A stretch of DNA of 64,000 nucleotides from Clostridia bacterium (lineage in GTDB: Bacteria; Bacillota; Clostridia; Christensenellales; Aristaeellaceae): positions 5,341 to 69,340 of the forward strand of contig JAFQOD010000073.1 in assembly GCA_017395685.1 (NCBI GenBank), written 5' to 3'. Made by a program: the position numbers and the translations under genes. Numbering within the stretch: the first letter of the stretch is position 1; each line of letters starts with the position of its first letter. Shown here one piece after another: positions 9,570 to 19,658 of this stretch. Under the pieces are notes generated by a model. The model was not told the DNA's origin. It did not search any database and worked only from the letters and a program-made list of their open reading frames with translations.

Positions 9570-11324
9570 TTAACGCTGTCTGTTGATGCGGCGGATCTCA
9601 TCGATATTCGCCTTGGGGTTGCGGTTCATATCCAGCAGGCCGTTGACCTCCTGGAATACATCCGTCAGCTGGGTGTAGCAATAGCCCACAAAGCCGGGCA
9701 TATGCTTGAAGGCCTGGGTAATGGCTTCAAACCGCTTGAGGAAGGCTTCTTCATCCTTCACGGCGCCGTTGTAGCCCCAGTTATCGCCCTCGGAATCCTT
9801 TGCCATGGCGATGCCGCCGTATTCGGTCAGCAGCATGGGCTTGCCCACGTGATCATAGCCGCAGGCCGTCACGATGCGGCCGGCACCGGGATTGCCGTTG
9901 CAGATGGTATCTGCGCTGCCGTATTCGGGGCTGAGCTGCTCCGGCCAGGCGGTGTAATCGTGCACGGTCAGAAGATCGGTGGATGCCTGTTCCCAGCCGT
10001 CGTTGCCGGATACGATGCGGGTGCCGTCCAGGGAATGCACCATATGATAGAGGGCATCGGCCAGCTGCTGGGCTTCTTCCTGGGTCTGGATATAGGGAAC
10101 GCCCCAGCTTTCATTGATGGGCACCCAGGTGATCAGGCAGGGATGATTGTAATCCCGCCGGATAGCCTCGGAAAGATCCCGCATCATATTGCGCTTTTCG
10201 CTGTCCCGCAGCCAGTAGGCGCTGGGCAGTTCCCCCCAGACCAGCAGCCCCAGCTTATCCGCCCAGTACAGATACCGGGGATCCTCAAATTTCTGATGCT
10301 TGCGGGCGCCATTATAGCCCAGGGCCTTGGTCAGTTCCACGTCCTTGCGCAGGGCGTCATCGCTGGGAGCGGTGAGCAGGCCGTCGGGCCAGTAGCCCTG
10401 ATCCAGGATCAGCTTCTGGAACAGCACATGATTGTTCAGCAGGATCTTGCCGTTCACCACTTCGATCTTGCGCATGCCAAAGTAGGTATCCACCTGATCC
10501 TGCTTTTGGCCACCCACCATGGTTTCGATGGTCAGATCATACAGGCGGGGATCATGGGGCCACCACATGTGGAAGCCCTCCAGCCGCTCGTTATGGCGCA
10601 GGAAAAGCTCCGTCTGCACGCAGCGGTCGGTGAGCACCTTTACTTCGCTCACGGCCACCACATCCCCCTTGTAGGAGGCGGTCAGCCGGATGGAGGCATC
10701 CCTGGGCAGCTCATTCAGATAGATTTCTGCCTTCACGCTGGAACGCTCCAGGCAGGGGGTCAGCCGGAAATCCACGGGATAATATTCCCCCACGCCTTCC
10801 AGCCATACGCTCTGCCAGATGCCGGTCACAGGGGTGTACCAGCATTCGAAGGGCTCAGGGCGGAAGGATTGCTTGCCCCGGGGCTGATCGCAATCCAGCC
10901 GGTCCTCTGCCCGGACGGCCAGGGTATATTCGCCGCCGGCCTCCGTCAGATCCGTGATATCGAAGGTAAAGGGGGTATAGCCGCCCTCATGGCCCCCCAG
11001 ATACTGGCCGTCCAGCCATACATCGGCGATATAATCCACCGCACCGAAGTGAAGCAGGCGGCGGGCCGTCATTTCCGCAGGAACGGTGATCTTCCGGGCA
11101 TACCACACTACATCGCAATGCTGCTGGCTGTTGATGCCGGAAAGCTTGCTCTGATAGCAGAAGGGCACTTCAATTTTGTGGGTGGCAGGCAGATTGCGAT
11201 ACCATTTTTCTTTTTTTCCGGCCTTTTCATGGTCAAAAGCAAAATCCCATTGGCCGTTCAGGGTGCACCAGGTATTCCGGACCCGATCGGGACGGGGATG
11301 ATCCGTGCGCAGGGCTTCATTCAT
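9570..11324 (-). CDS. glycoside hydrolase family 2 (beta-galactosidase/beta-glucuronidase/beta-mannosidase-like)
   Basis: GH2 sugar-binding N-terminal domain (DGQYLGGHEGGYTPFTFDIT) and a TIM-barrel with WVPINESWG (acid/base Glu in NE) and TEYGG (nucleophile Glu). Confidence 0.85.
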   Translation of the reverse strand: MNEALRTDHPRPDRVRNTWCTLNGQWDFAFDHEKAGKKEKWYRNLPATHKIEVPFCYQSKLSGINSQQHCDVVWYARKITVPAEMTARRLLHFGAVDYIADVWLDGQYLGGHEGGYTPFTFDITDLTEAGGEYTLAVRAEDRLDCDQPRGKQSFRPEPFECWYTPVTGIWQSVWLEGVGEYYPVDFRLTPCLERSSVKAEIYLNELPRDASIRLTASYKGDVVAVSEVKVLTDRCVQTELFLRHNERLEGFHMWWPHDPRLYDLTIETMVGGQKQDQVDTYFGMRKIEVVNGKILLNNHVLFQKLILDQGYWPDGLLTAPSDDALRKDVELTKALGYNGARKHQKFEDPRYLYWADKLGLLVWGELPSAYWLRDSEKRNMMRDLSEAIRRDYNHPCLITWVPINESWGVPYIQTQEEAQQLADALYHMVHSLDGTRIVSGNDGWEQASTDLLTVHDYTAWPEQLSPEYGSADTICNGNPGAGRIVTACGYDHVGKPMLLTEYGGIAMAKDSEGDNWGYNGAVKDEEAFLKRFEAITQAFKHMPGFVGYCYTQLTDVFQEVNGLLDMNRNPKANIDEIRRINRQR

Positions 11325-11484
11325 GCTCCTGTACTCCTCTCGTAGATGCAGATAAGTTTATTTTGTTATACAATCCAGACGCATCACAATCGCCTGGTTA
11401 TAATCGCCGAATTTTTCCCTGTGTGGATGGTGCATTCATCCGACAGGGAGAAAACTCCCGGCCGCAGCTGGATGGGGGGAAAAA

Positions 11485-12153
11485 TCATTTCAGGGCGGTG
11501 CGGAGCGTCTGGATATTATCGCGGATGGCGCCGGCCTGGGAAAAGATGCTGGAGGTGCCGCCCACGAAAATATTGGCCCCGGCCCTGCGCATTTTTACCG
11601 CATTTTCAAAGCTGACGTTGCCGTCGGCCTGAATATCCACATCGGGCCTTCCCCGTTCATCCAGATAGGCGCGTACCTGAGCGATTTTCTCCAGGGTGGC
11701 GGGTACCATTTTCTGTCCGGAAAAGCCGGGGTTCACCGTCATCACCAGCACGCCGTCGATATCATCCAGCACATAATCCAGCATATGGATGGGGGTGCCG
11801 GGATTGAGGGCGATCATGGGCCTGGCGCCGTATCTGCGGATTTCGGCAAGGGCCCGGGGGATGTGGGGGGTGCTTTCCGCATGGACGGAGATATATTCCC
11901 CCGGCCGGGGATGGAACCAATGAATTTTCAGCTCGGGATTTTTGATCATCAGATGGATATCCAGGGGGATGGAGGTATGCTTGCGCAGAGATTCGCAGAA
12001 TTCGGGACACAGGGCGAAATTCTGCACGAATTCCCCATCCATGATATCCACATGCAGATATTCGATGGCGCTTTCCTCCATCAGGCGCAGCGTTTCCTGC
12101 AGATTGAAAAAATCCATGCATACCAGGGATGCTGAAATAAGGGCGGGTTTCAT
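11485..12153 (-). CDS. ribulose-phosphate 3-epimerase family protein (Rpe/AlsE-like)
   Basis: MKPALISASLVCMDF...HVDIMDGEFVQN...GTPIHMLDYVLDDIDGVLVMTVNPGFSGQK matches the Rpe TIM-barrel motifs. Confidence 0.8.
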   Translation of the reverse strand: MKPALISASLVCMDFFNLQETLRLMEESAIEYLHVDIMDGEFVQNFALCPEFCESLRKHTSIPLDIHLMIKNPELKIHWFHPRPGEYISVHAESTPHIPRALAEIRRYGARPMIALNPGTPIHMLDYVLDDIDGVLVMTVNPGFSGQKMVPATLEKIAQVRAYLDERGRPDVDIQADGNVSFENAVKMRRAGANIFVGGTSSIFSQAGAIRDNIQTLRTALK

Positions 12154-12165
12154 GGGCAGCTCTCC

Positions 12166-13833
12166 TTAAATGAAAGTGGGGCGTCTGATTTCCTCGGTCA
12201 TTTCTTTCTGATCCACGCCGAAATGCTGATGCATCTGGCAATAATGCCGGTAGCGGCGGCGATAGGCGGCCTGATGCCGGCTGCAGGGCTGATAGGTGCG
12301 TACCATGGGGCATTGCATGGCGGCGACGGCCATCAGGATATCATCATAGCCCCCGTTTTGGCTGCCTGCGGCCATGGCGCCCATGATGGCGGAGCCCTGG
12401 GCGTTGGGCTGGCTGCAGGAGGAGGTGCTGATGGGCAGCTCCAGAATATCGGCATAGATCTGCATGATTTCCGGGCTCTTATAGGCGATGCCGCCGCAGG
12501 CACGGATGGATTTTACCGATACGCCGGCCTCCCTGGCCGCATCCAGCATTTTTTTCAGGCCGAAGGCGGTGGCCTCAATCAGCGCCCGGTAGATCTGATC
12601 GGCGGTGGTGGACAGGGTGAGGCCTGCCATCACCCCGGAAAGATTGGCATTCTGCAGCAGGCAGCGGTTGCCGTTCATCCAGTCCAGGGCGATGGGCAGG
12701 GGGCTGTCCGGAGGGATGGCGGCGATTTTCCTGTTCAGCAGCTGATAGATGGATTCGCCCTTTTCCTGGGCCTCCAGATAATAGGAATGGGGCGCCAGAT
12801 GATTGACAAACCATTGGTATATATCGCCCACTGCCGATTGCCCGAACAGGTGCAGGGTATGCCCGGGCAGCAGCGCATTTTCCGCAGTGCCCATGGCGCC
12901 GGGGATGCAGACATCCTTTTTGCTGTAAAACATCAGCATTCCGGAGGTGCCCATGATCAGCACGGCGTCCTCCTCCCGGGTAATGCCCATGCTCAGCATG
13001 GCGATGGGGCTGTCGGTACAGGCGACGGCCACGGCGGTGCCGGGGATCAGTCCGGTGCGGGCGGCCAGATCGGCCTGAAGCCCGCCGGTTCTGGTGAGGA
13101 GCTTCTGCTGGGGCCAGCGCTGATTTTTTTCCGCCTGCCGGATCAGAAGGGGATCCAGGGCGCGCAGAAAATCCTCATCCATGCCATAATCGCTCTGATA
13201 ATCATGGGCGTGGAAGGCGGCAATGAATTGGCAGCGCTTTTTTTCATGGGTCAGCAAAAAGGCGATCCAATCGGCCAGCTCCACAATGGAATGGGCGTTT
13301 TCGTATACCTCCGGCGCTTCCTTTGCAATTTCCATCACCTTGGGCCAGTACCATTCGGCGGATACCTTGCCGCCGCAGCGCTGCAGGAAGCCCTTCTTCT
13401 GCTCCTGGGCCAGGGCGTTGAGCCGGTCGGCCTGGGGCTGGGTGGTGTGATGCTTCCATAATTTGATCCAGGCATGGGGATTATTCCGGAATTCCTCCCG
13501 GAAGCAAAGGGGCATATCCTGATCATCCAGCGGGATGATGGTGGTGGCGGTGGTATCCACCCCGATGCCGGTAATATCCCTTGGATCCACCCCGCTTTTT
13601 TCCAGTATTCCTTTCAGCAGGGCGGGCAGGGCATCCAGATAATCCTGGGGATGATGCAGCGCATAGCCCTCCGGCAGGGGCCGATCCTCTCCGGGCAGGG
13701 TTTTTTCCATCACCGCATGGGGATATACATAATCACAGGAGGCGATTTCACGGCCGCTTTGATGATCGATCAGCACGGCCCGGCCGGACAGGGTGCCAAA
13801 ATCCAGGCCGATGGAATAGGTGGAATGGGGCAT
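12166..13833 (-). CDS. FGGY-family carbohydrate kinase (ribulokinase-like)
   Basis: Start MPHSTYSIGLDFGTLSGRAV with RBS GGAGG. 556 aa, FGGY N- and C-terminal domains, similar to AraB-type ribulokinases. The long 719-aa track ORF includes non-coding leader. Confidence 0.8.
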   Translation of the reverse strand: MPHSTYSIGLDFGTLSGRAVLIDHQSGREIASCDYVYPHAVMEKTLPGEDRPLPEGYALHHPQDYLDALPALLKGILEKSGVDPRDITGIGVDTTATTIIPLDDQDMPLCFREEFRNNPHAWIKLWKHHTTQPQADRLNALAQEQKKGFLQRCGGKVSAEWYWPKVMEIAKEAPEVYENAHSIVELADWIAFLLTHEKKRCQFIAAFHAHDYQSDYGMDEDFLRALDPLLIRQAEKNQRWPQQKLLTRTGGLQADLAARTGLIPGTAVAVACTDSPIAMLSMGITREEDAVLIMGTSGMLMFYSKKDVCIPGAMGTAENALLPGHTLHLFGQSAVGDIYQWFVNHLAPHSYYLEAQEKGESIYQLLNRKIAAIPPDSPLPIALDWMNGNRCLLQNANLSGVMAGLTLSTTADQIYRALIEATAFGLKKMLDAAREAGVSVKSIRACGGIAYKSPEIMQIYADILELPISTSSCSQPNAQGSAIMGAMAAGSQNGGYDDILMAVAAMQCPMVRTYQPCSRHQAAYRRRYRHYCQMHQHFGVDQKEMTEEIRRPTFI

Positions 13834-14085
13834 GGGGAACCTCCGCTTTTTCTTGACGGTTGATATGGGGTTATTTGCTGAAAAAATGGATTTTGCTTGC
13901 TTCAGTATACAATTTTGCCGGGAAAGTGTCAATGACGGCGGCTGCTGTTTATGGGATGGGGCGGGGAAAGGAGGGGCGGTTTTTCTTTTGTTCTGGATGG
14001 AGGGGGGAAGGGAAGATGCGTTGACGGGGAAATGGAAGTGGAATATAATGGATCGGATAATCCCCCTGCCGGCAGAGGGATGGAA

Positions 14086-14983
14086 AGGAATCGCCATGAA
14101 AAAAACCATGAATCCCCGGCTGATGCTGATTGCAGCCATGGCCATCTTCGGCACTCTGGCCCCCTTTGTGAGAAAGATCGGGGTTTCCTCCGGGGAGCTG
14201 GCGCTGTACAGGGCCATCCTGGCGGCGGTGCTGATCGGGCTGTTTTTGCTGGTGACGGGGCAGCGAATCCCCTTTGCCCGGATCAGAAAAGGGGCGCCGC
14301 TGCTGCTGGTTTCCGGCATGGCCATGGGCTTTAACTGGATTTTGCTGTTTGAGGCTTACAAGTATACCACCGTTTCCGTGGCCACCCTCAGCTATTATTT
14401 TGCCCCGGTGATTGTGATGGTGGTATGCCCGCTTTTATTCAGGGAAAAGCTGACGGGCAGACAGATCCTCTGCTTTGCCGCCGCCACTGCCGGGCTGGTG
14501 ATGATCACCGGCGCAGGCATGAAGGGAGAGGGCACCGATCTGATCGGCATTCTGTTCGGGCTGGGGGCGGCGGTGCTGTATGCCACGGTGATCCTGCTCA
14601 ATAAATTTATCCGGAATGTGGAGGGCATCCATCGCACCTTTCTGCAGTTTATTGCCGCCATTGCGGTGCTGCTGCCTTATGTGATTTTTACCGGCGGCTT
14701 TACTCTGGGCACCCTGGATCCGGCCGGCTGGCTTTCTCTTTTGCTTGTGGGCCTGGTGCACAGCGGCATTGCCTACTGTCTGTATTTTTCTGCGCTCAAG
14801 GAACTGCCGGGGCAGAAGGCCGCCATCCTCAGCTATATCGATCCTTTGGTTGCAGTGATCATTTCGGTAACGGTGCTGGATGAAAAAATCACGCTTCTGC
14901 AGATCATCGGCGGCGTGCTGATCCTGGGCTTTACCCTGTGGAATGAGATCGCCCCGGAACCAAAGAACCAATTGAAAGCATAG
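14086..14983 (+). CDS. EamA/DMT-family transporter
   Basis: Start MKKTMNP with RBS GGAAAGGAA; 10 predicted TM helices in two EamA repeats. Confidence 0.8.
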
Positions 14984-15007
14984 GCCCCTGTTTCAGGGGC
15001 TTTTTTG
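14984..15007 (+). terminator. rho-independent terminator after EamA gene
   Basis: GCCCCTGTTTCAGGGGC followed by TTTTTT. Confidence 0.7.
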
Positions 15008-15032
15008 GTGCTTGAATTTACAATGTAAGTGA

Positions 15033-15060
15033 AAAAAATCCCCTCCGCAAGGGAGGGGAG
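15033..15060 (-). terminator. rho-independent terminator after serS
   Basis: Minus strand CTCCCCTCCCTTGCGGAGGGGATTTTTTT. Confidence 0.7.
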
Positions 15061-15070
15061 AATGCAATGA

Positions 15071-16333
15071 TTACTTGATCACATCGCAGCCCATGTAGGG
15101 ACGCAGTACCTCCGGCACGGTGACGGAGCCGTCGGAATTCTGGTAGGTTTCCAGGATGACGGCCACGGTGCGGCCCACGGCCACGCCGGAACCGTTCAGG
15201 GTGTGGCACAGCTGGGCCTTGCCCTTGGGGCCTTCCTTATAGCGGATGGCGGCGCGGCGGGCCTGGAAATCCTCGCAGTTGGAGCAGGAGGAGATTTCCA
15301 CATACCGGCCGTAGGAAGGCATCCACACTTCGATATCATAGGTTTTGGCGGCGGAGAAGCCCATATCGCCGGTGGACAGGCATACCACCCGGTGGGGCAG
15401 GCCCAGCAGCTTCAGTACCTTTTCTGCCTGGGCGGTCATGGATTCCAATTCTTCATAGCTCTGTTCGGGCTTGGTGATCTTCACCATTTCTACCTTATTG
15501 AACTGATGCTGACGGATCAGGCCCCTGGTATCCCGGCCGGCGCTGCCCGCTTCGGCACGGAAGCAGGCGGAATAGGCGCAGTGACGGATGGGCAGCTTAT
15601 CCCCATCCAGGATCATATCCCGGTACAGGTTGGTAACGGGCACCTCAGCGGTGGGGATGAGGAAGGTATCCTGATCCACCTTGTAGGCGTCTTCTTCAAA
15701 TTTGGGCAATTGGCCGGTGCCGGTCATGGTGGCGCGGGATACCATGTAGGGGGGCAGCACTTCTTCGTAACCGTCGGCGGCGTGGGTATCCATGAAGAAA
15801 TTGATCACGGCCCGCTCCAGCCTTGCGCCCAGGCCCTTGTATACGGTGAACCGTGCGCCGGAAATCTTGGCGGCGGATTCAAAATCCAGAATGCCCAGAT
15901 CGGTGCCGATATCCCAGTGGGCCTTGGGCTCCCAATCAAATTTCCGGGGCTCGCCCCAGCGGCGCTGCTCCACATTTTCGGTATCATCCTTGCCGATGGG
16001 CACGGATTCATGGGGCAGATTGGGCAGGCGCATCAGGATGAAATTGATTTTTTCATCAATTTCATTCACCTGCTTATCCAGGGCGGTGATTTCATCGCCC
16101 ACTTTGCGCATTTCTTCCATGATGGCGGAAGCGTCGCCGCCGGCCTTTTTCACCTGGGCGATCTTCTTGCTTTCTTCATTGCGACGGTTCTTCAGCGCCT
16201 CCACCTGGCCCAGGGCATCCCGGCGGGCAGCGTCCAGGGTCAAAAGCTCGCTTACATCGATGGTGGAATTGCGCTTCTTGAGCGCATCCAGCAGCTCCTG
16301 GGGATTCTGGCGGATCCGTTTGATATCCAGCAT
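15071..16333 (-). CDS. serS: seryl-tRNA synthetase
   Basis: 420 aa; N-terminal coiled coil [21 protein letters not shown]; class II motifs 2 ([25 protein letters not shown]) and 3 ([15 protein letters not shown]). Confidence 0.95.
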   Translation of the reverse strand: MLDIKRIRQNPQELLDALKKRNSTIDVSELLTLDAARRDALGQVEALKNRRNEESKKIAQVKKAGGDASAIMEEMRKVGDEITALDKQVNEIDEKINFILMRLPNLPHESVPIGKDDTENVEQRRWGEPRKFDWEPKAHWDIGTDLGILDFESAAKISGARFTVYKGLGARLERAVINFFMDTHAADGYEEVLPPYMVSRATMTGTGQLPKFEEDAYKVDQDTFLIPTAEVPVTNLYRDMILDGDKLPIRHCAYSACFRAEAGSAGRDTRGLIRQHQFNKVEMVKITKPEQSYEELESMTAQAEKVLKLLGLPHRVVCLSTGDMGFSAAKTYDIEVWMPSYGRYVEISSCSNCEDFQARRAAIRYKEGPKGKAQLCHTLNGSGVAVGRTVAVILETYQNSDGSVTVPEVLRPYMGCDVIK

Positions 16334-16361
16334 GATAATTTTCTCCCTTCATTTTTCAGCA

Positions 16362-16580
16362 AATAAAAAAACCGCCCGTTCACAGGGACGGAAGTACCGC
16401 GTTGCCACCCCGATTGGCGCTTCGGAATGAAACGCCCTCTCGCCTGCGCTGTAAGGGGCGCGCCCCGGCGGCTCATCGCCGCCCGCTCCAGGGTGGATCA
16501 CGGCCCTGCGCCCCCGCCTTGCACCAACCGGCGTTTCTCTAAGCGCGCTTTCGGCCGCCATTCCCTTTCTTTGCGGTATG
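16362..16580 (-). promoter_or_regulatory. T-box riboswitch leader of serS (Ser specifier UCC)
   Basis: Minus-strand leader has AGAGA (AG box), distal loop GGUGCAA, specifier UCC-A (complement of 16495-16497), T-box sequence AAUCGGGGUGGCAACGCGG, and a terminator hairpin with U-run just 5' of the serS RBS. Confidence 0.75.
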
Positions 16581-16585
16581 GATGC

Positions 16586-16614
16586 ATTATAGCGCGAAGC
16601 GCCGGAAAATGCAA
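16586..16614 (-). promoter_or_regulatory. sigma70 promoter of serS leader
   Basis: Minus strand TTGCAT, 17-nt spacer, TATAAT. Confidence 0.55.
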
Positions 16615-16624
16615 GAGGGAAAAG

Positions 16625-16668
16625 AAGAATAAAGCTGAAGGGCAGATTTGCCCCTCAGCTTAAAATCT
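16625..16668 (-). terminator. rho-independent terminator of upstream minus-strand gene
   Basis: Minus strand AAGCTGAGGGGCAAATCTGCCCTTCAGCTTTATTCTTCTTTT. Confidence 0.6.
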
Positions 16669-16690
16669 TCCTTGGTTTTCTGAAAGCTGT

Positions 16691-17695
16691 TTATTTCAGC
16701 GTCACGCAATCCTCCGGCAGCCATACCCGTACCATGCCGTAGCGAAAGGTATTATAGTCAACGCATACCCAGCCATCCATTTTGATATATGCATTGACAT
16801 TTTCACCTGTAAAGATATTCTGGGAATACTGGGCATAGCCTGTGCCGGGCCCCAGCCTGGGGGTGGTATCATAAGCGACCGTTGCGGGAATGGGATAAAG
16901 CGTCAGCTGCGTGGCGCGATTGGCGCCGATATAGGCCTTTTCGCTCCGATACACAAATGCATCACCGGCATTCAATCTCACCTGTACGCATACCATATCA
17001 CCTTCCCGCCAAATCGCCTTTGCGCTTGCGGATTCATTTACGATATAGAACTTGTCATCATTCCCTGTGCCGTGTACATCATCCGGGCCCCAGCGGAATT
17101 TGCCGTAGCGGTTGGAATCATGAGAAACAGAAATGGGCGTACCGGAATATTCGGGAATGCCCTGGGCCATGCTGGCAAGGGCTGCGTCCAGAGCGGCAAT
17201 CCGGGCCTTACTGTCAAAGAAACCGTCTGCTTTTTCAAAGGCCTCTTTCGCAGCTTTGATATCCAGTTCATATTCTGCTTTGCATCCCTGCATATAGGCT
17301 TCCAGTTGCTCCACGCTGCCAATGGCCGGATGCTCCTTCCTTACCCGTTCCAGTTCATCGGGGAATGCAGGATTGAGCTTCACCTCGTTCATCCATGTTT
17401 TCGCCCAGGTGTAATCGTTATATTCAATATAACTCAGAACACGGCAATACGCTTCAAAGGATCTTGCATTGCGGATATGGTGTTCCAGCTCTGCAAAATC
17501 ACCGATGGGCTGGGCGATGCTTATGCTGTCAGGATTCAGCAGATATTGCTCCAGTTTGGAAATACCGGCCTGATAAGCCAATTCCTCGGGGGTTAAAGGC
17601 TTTTCCCGCAAAAACACAAACAGAAGGGAGCCTGCAACGGCAAGCACAACGCAAATGGACAGAAGGATCAGACGCTTCTTTTTCATCATGTACAC
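16691..17695 (-). CDS. hypothetical membrane-anchored protein
   Basis: N-terminal MKKKRLILLSICVVLAVAGSLLFVFL looks like a TM anchor; the rest is soluble. No family recognised. Confidence 0.55.
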   Translation of the reverse strand: MYMMKKKRLILLSICVVLAVAGSLLFVFLREKPLTPEELAYQAGISKLEQYLLNPDSISIAQPIGDFAELEHHIRNARSFEAYCRVLSYIEYNDYTWAKTWMNEVKLNPAFPDELERVRKEHPAIGSVEQLEAYMQGCKAEYELDIKAAKEAFEKADGFFDSKARIAALDAALASMAQGIPEYSGTPISVSHDSNRYGKFRWGPDDVHGTGNDDKFYIVNESASAKAIWREGDMVCVQVRLNAGDAFVYRSEKAYIGANRATQLTLYPIPATVAYDTTPRLGPGTGYAQYSQNIFTGENVNAYIKMDGWVCVDYNTFRYGMVRVWLPEDCVTLK

Positions 17696-17841
17696 CTCTG
17701 GTTTTATTTGTTGAGTGCAGCAGCGCTTAAGCTATTTTCACTTGTTTATATTGTATGTCTGAATGATTTTACTGTCAAGTTTTTCAAAAACCGCCATAGG
17801 AAGAAATCTGATAAATATGCTGCGAATCATCCTGGTTGATA

Positions 17842-17870
17842 TTGATGTAATGGGAAATCTGCGGTATACT
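17842..17870 (+). promoter_or_regulatory. candidate sigma70 promoter of rpiB
   Basis: TTGATG, 17-nt spacer, TATACT, about 40 nt upstream of the ATG. Confidence 0.35.
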
Positions 17871-17911
17871 GTCCATGGAAATCCATGCTAATGTGAAAGG
17901 AAATTTTTGAT

Positions 17912-18367
17912 ATGAAAGTTGCCGTTGCCTGCGATCCTGCGGGGATTGTATTAAAGGAAGCCATTGAGGAACAGCTGCGGGAAATGGGCCATGAGCCCGT
18001 ATACTTTGGCATGCATGAAAATGATACCACCCGGGATTATCCCATTTTCGGCTATCGTGCGGCCAGGGCTGTGGCACAGGGCGAATGCCAGATGGGCATC
18101 ATCGCCTGCGGCACGGGGGTGGGCATTTCCATGGCGGCCAATAAGGTAAAGGGTATCCGCTGCTGCTGCTGCTCCGATTATTTCAGCGCCAAGATGACCC
18201 GGGCCCATAACGACGCCAATATGCTGTCCCTGGGGGGCCGGGTGATCGCCCCGGAAACGGCGAAAACGCTGGTGGAGGTATTCATGACCACCGAATTTAT
18301 GGGCGATCGCCATCAAAAGCGCATTGATATGCTGCCCCTGATTGAAGAGGGAAAGGAACTGGAATAA
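17912..18367 (+). CDS. rpiB: ribose-5-phosphate isomerase B / LacAB-family sugar-phosphate isomerase
   Basis: MKVAVACDPAGIVLKE...GIIACGTGVGISMAANKVKGIRCC matches the RpiB/LacAB signature; 151 aa. Confidence 0.85.
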   Translation: MKVAVACDPAGIVLKEAIEEQLREMGHEPVYFGMHENDTTRDYPIFGYRAARAVAQGECQMGIIACGTGVGISMAANKVKGIRCCCCSDYFSAKMTRAHNDANMLSLGGRVIAPETAKTLVEVFMTTEFMGDRHQKRIDMLPLIEEGKELE

Positions 18368-18371
18368 GCCC

Positions 18372-18854
18372 ATGGCCAAGCAGGAAAAAACCAATGTGAT
18401 GCGCACCCTGGAGCGGCTGAAAATCCCCTTCAGGGAGCATTGCTATGCCGGCTCCGGGGCCATCAGCGGGGTGGAGGTGGCCGCCTTTCTGGGCCAGGAT
18501 CCCGCCTGCACCTTCAAAACCCTGGTGACGGTGGGCAAGAGCCGCAATCATTATGTATTTATGATCCCCGTGGCGGAGGAGCTGGATCTGAAAAAGGCCG
18601 CCGCCGCTGCCGGGGAAAAGGCGCTGGAAATGCTGCCCGCCAGGGAGCTTCTGCCCCTCACCGGCTATGTGCACGGGGGCTGCTCCCCCATCGGGATGAA
18701 AAAGCAGTTTGCCACCTTCATCCACAGTACCGCTGAAAATCTGGATACCATCATGTTCAGCGCCGGAAAAATCGGCTATCAGGTGGAATGCACCCTGGAG
18801 GGATTGCGCCGGGCCATCCGGGTGGAAAGCGCAGATGTGACGGTGGCGGGATGA
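18372..18854 (+). CDS. ybaK: Cys-tRNA(Pro)/Cys-tRNA(Cys) deacylase YbaK
   Basis: Start MAKQEKTNVMRTLERLKIPF; YbaK/ProX-domain motifs (TLVTVGKSRNHYVFMIP, GYVHGGCSPIG). Confidence 0.8.
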   Translation: MAKQEKTNVMRTLERLKIPFREHCYAGSGAISGVEVAAFLGQDPACTFKTLVTVGKSRNHYVFMIPVAEELDLKKAAAAAGEKALEMLPARELLPLTGYVHGGCSPIGMKKQFATFIHSTAENLDTIMFSAGKIGYQVECTLEGLRRAIRVESADVTVAG

Positions 18855-19130
18855 GGGTGTTTTTTCCCTTTTCCGGGGCGTTTCTTCATTTATTTATTTG
18901 GAAAACCGCTTGTAATTGGGGAAAGTCTATGGTATACTGATCAGGAGGGAAGAAGGCCCTTGCCTTTTTTCTGTGCAATGCAACCAATACCTGATTTGAA
19001 AGAAGGGTTTAACGAAGAGTGGGAACTGCATGGAGTGAAATGCCTGGATGGGTGGCTTTGTTCCCTGTCCCCGTATTTTGCTGTGCGTGCAGGTAAGTCC
19101 CGCTCTTTCTGTATGTAAAGGAGCAAGAAT

Positions 19131-19619
19131 ATGCCCCCCAAAAACGCCAATATGCAGAAAATCACCGCCATCTGCGAAAAGCATGCCGCCAAGCTGGGCT
19201 ATGAGCTGTGCGAAGCCGCCATGGAAAAGGAGCCCACCGGCCGTTACCTGCGCATCTATATCGATGTGGACAGGGAAGGCGGCGTGACGCTGGATGACTG
19301 TGAAAAATACCATCGGGCGGTGCAGCCCTCTCTGGAGGATTTCGATTATGATTTCCTGGAGGTATGCTCCCCCGGCATCGACCGGCCCCTCAAGAGCAAG
19401 CGGGATATCGAAAAATCCCTGGGGCTGCTGGTGGAGGCCCGGCTCTACAAGCCCATGGAGGGGCAGAAGGCCATCCAGGGCTTCCTCCGGGAAATGAATG
19501 ATGAGCATGTATTGCTTTCCCAGGGGGAAAAGGAATGGGATCTGCCCAGGAAAGCGGTGGCCCAGGTGCGCCTGGTGCCCGATCTGAGCGCCCTGGAAGG
19601 GGCGGAGGATGAAATCTGA
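19131..19619 (+). CDS. rimP: ribosome maturation factor RimP
   Basis: RBS AAGGAG; RimP N-terminal fold (LGYELCEA...YLRIYID); immediately upstream of nusA. Confidence 0.85.
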   Translation: MPPKNANMQKITAICEKHAAKLGYELCEAAMEKEPTGRYLRIYIDVDREGGVTLDDCEKYHRAVQPSLEDFDYDFLEVCSPGIDRPLKSKRDIEKSLGLLVEARLYKPMEGQKAIQGFLREMNDEHVLLSQGEKEWDLPRKAVAQVRLVPDLSALEGAEDEI

Positions 19620-19658
19620 TCCCGTCGGTTATTATTTGAAAAGGCAGGTTAAAGGAAA

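Noticed and set aside
12166-14325. 719-aa extended ORF for the FGGY kinase
   Set aside because: The first 164 codons have no RBS and low-complexity translation. The start MPHSTYSIGLDFG at complement 13833 has a GGAGG RBS and matches FGGY N-termini.
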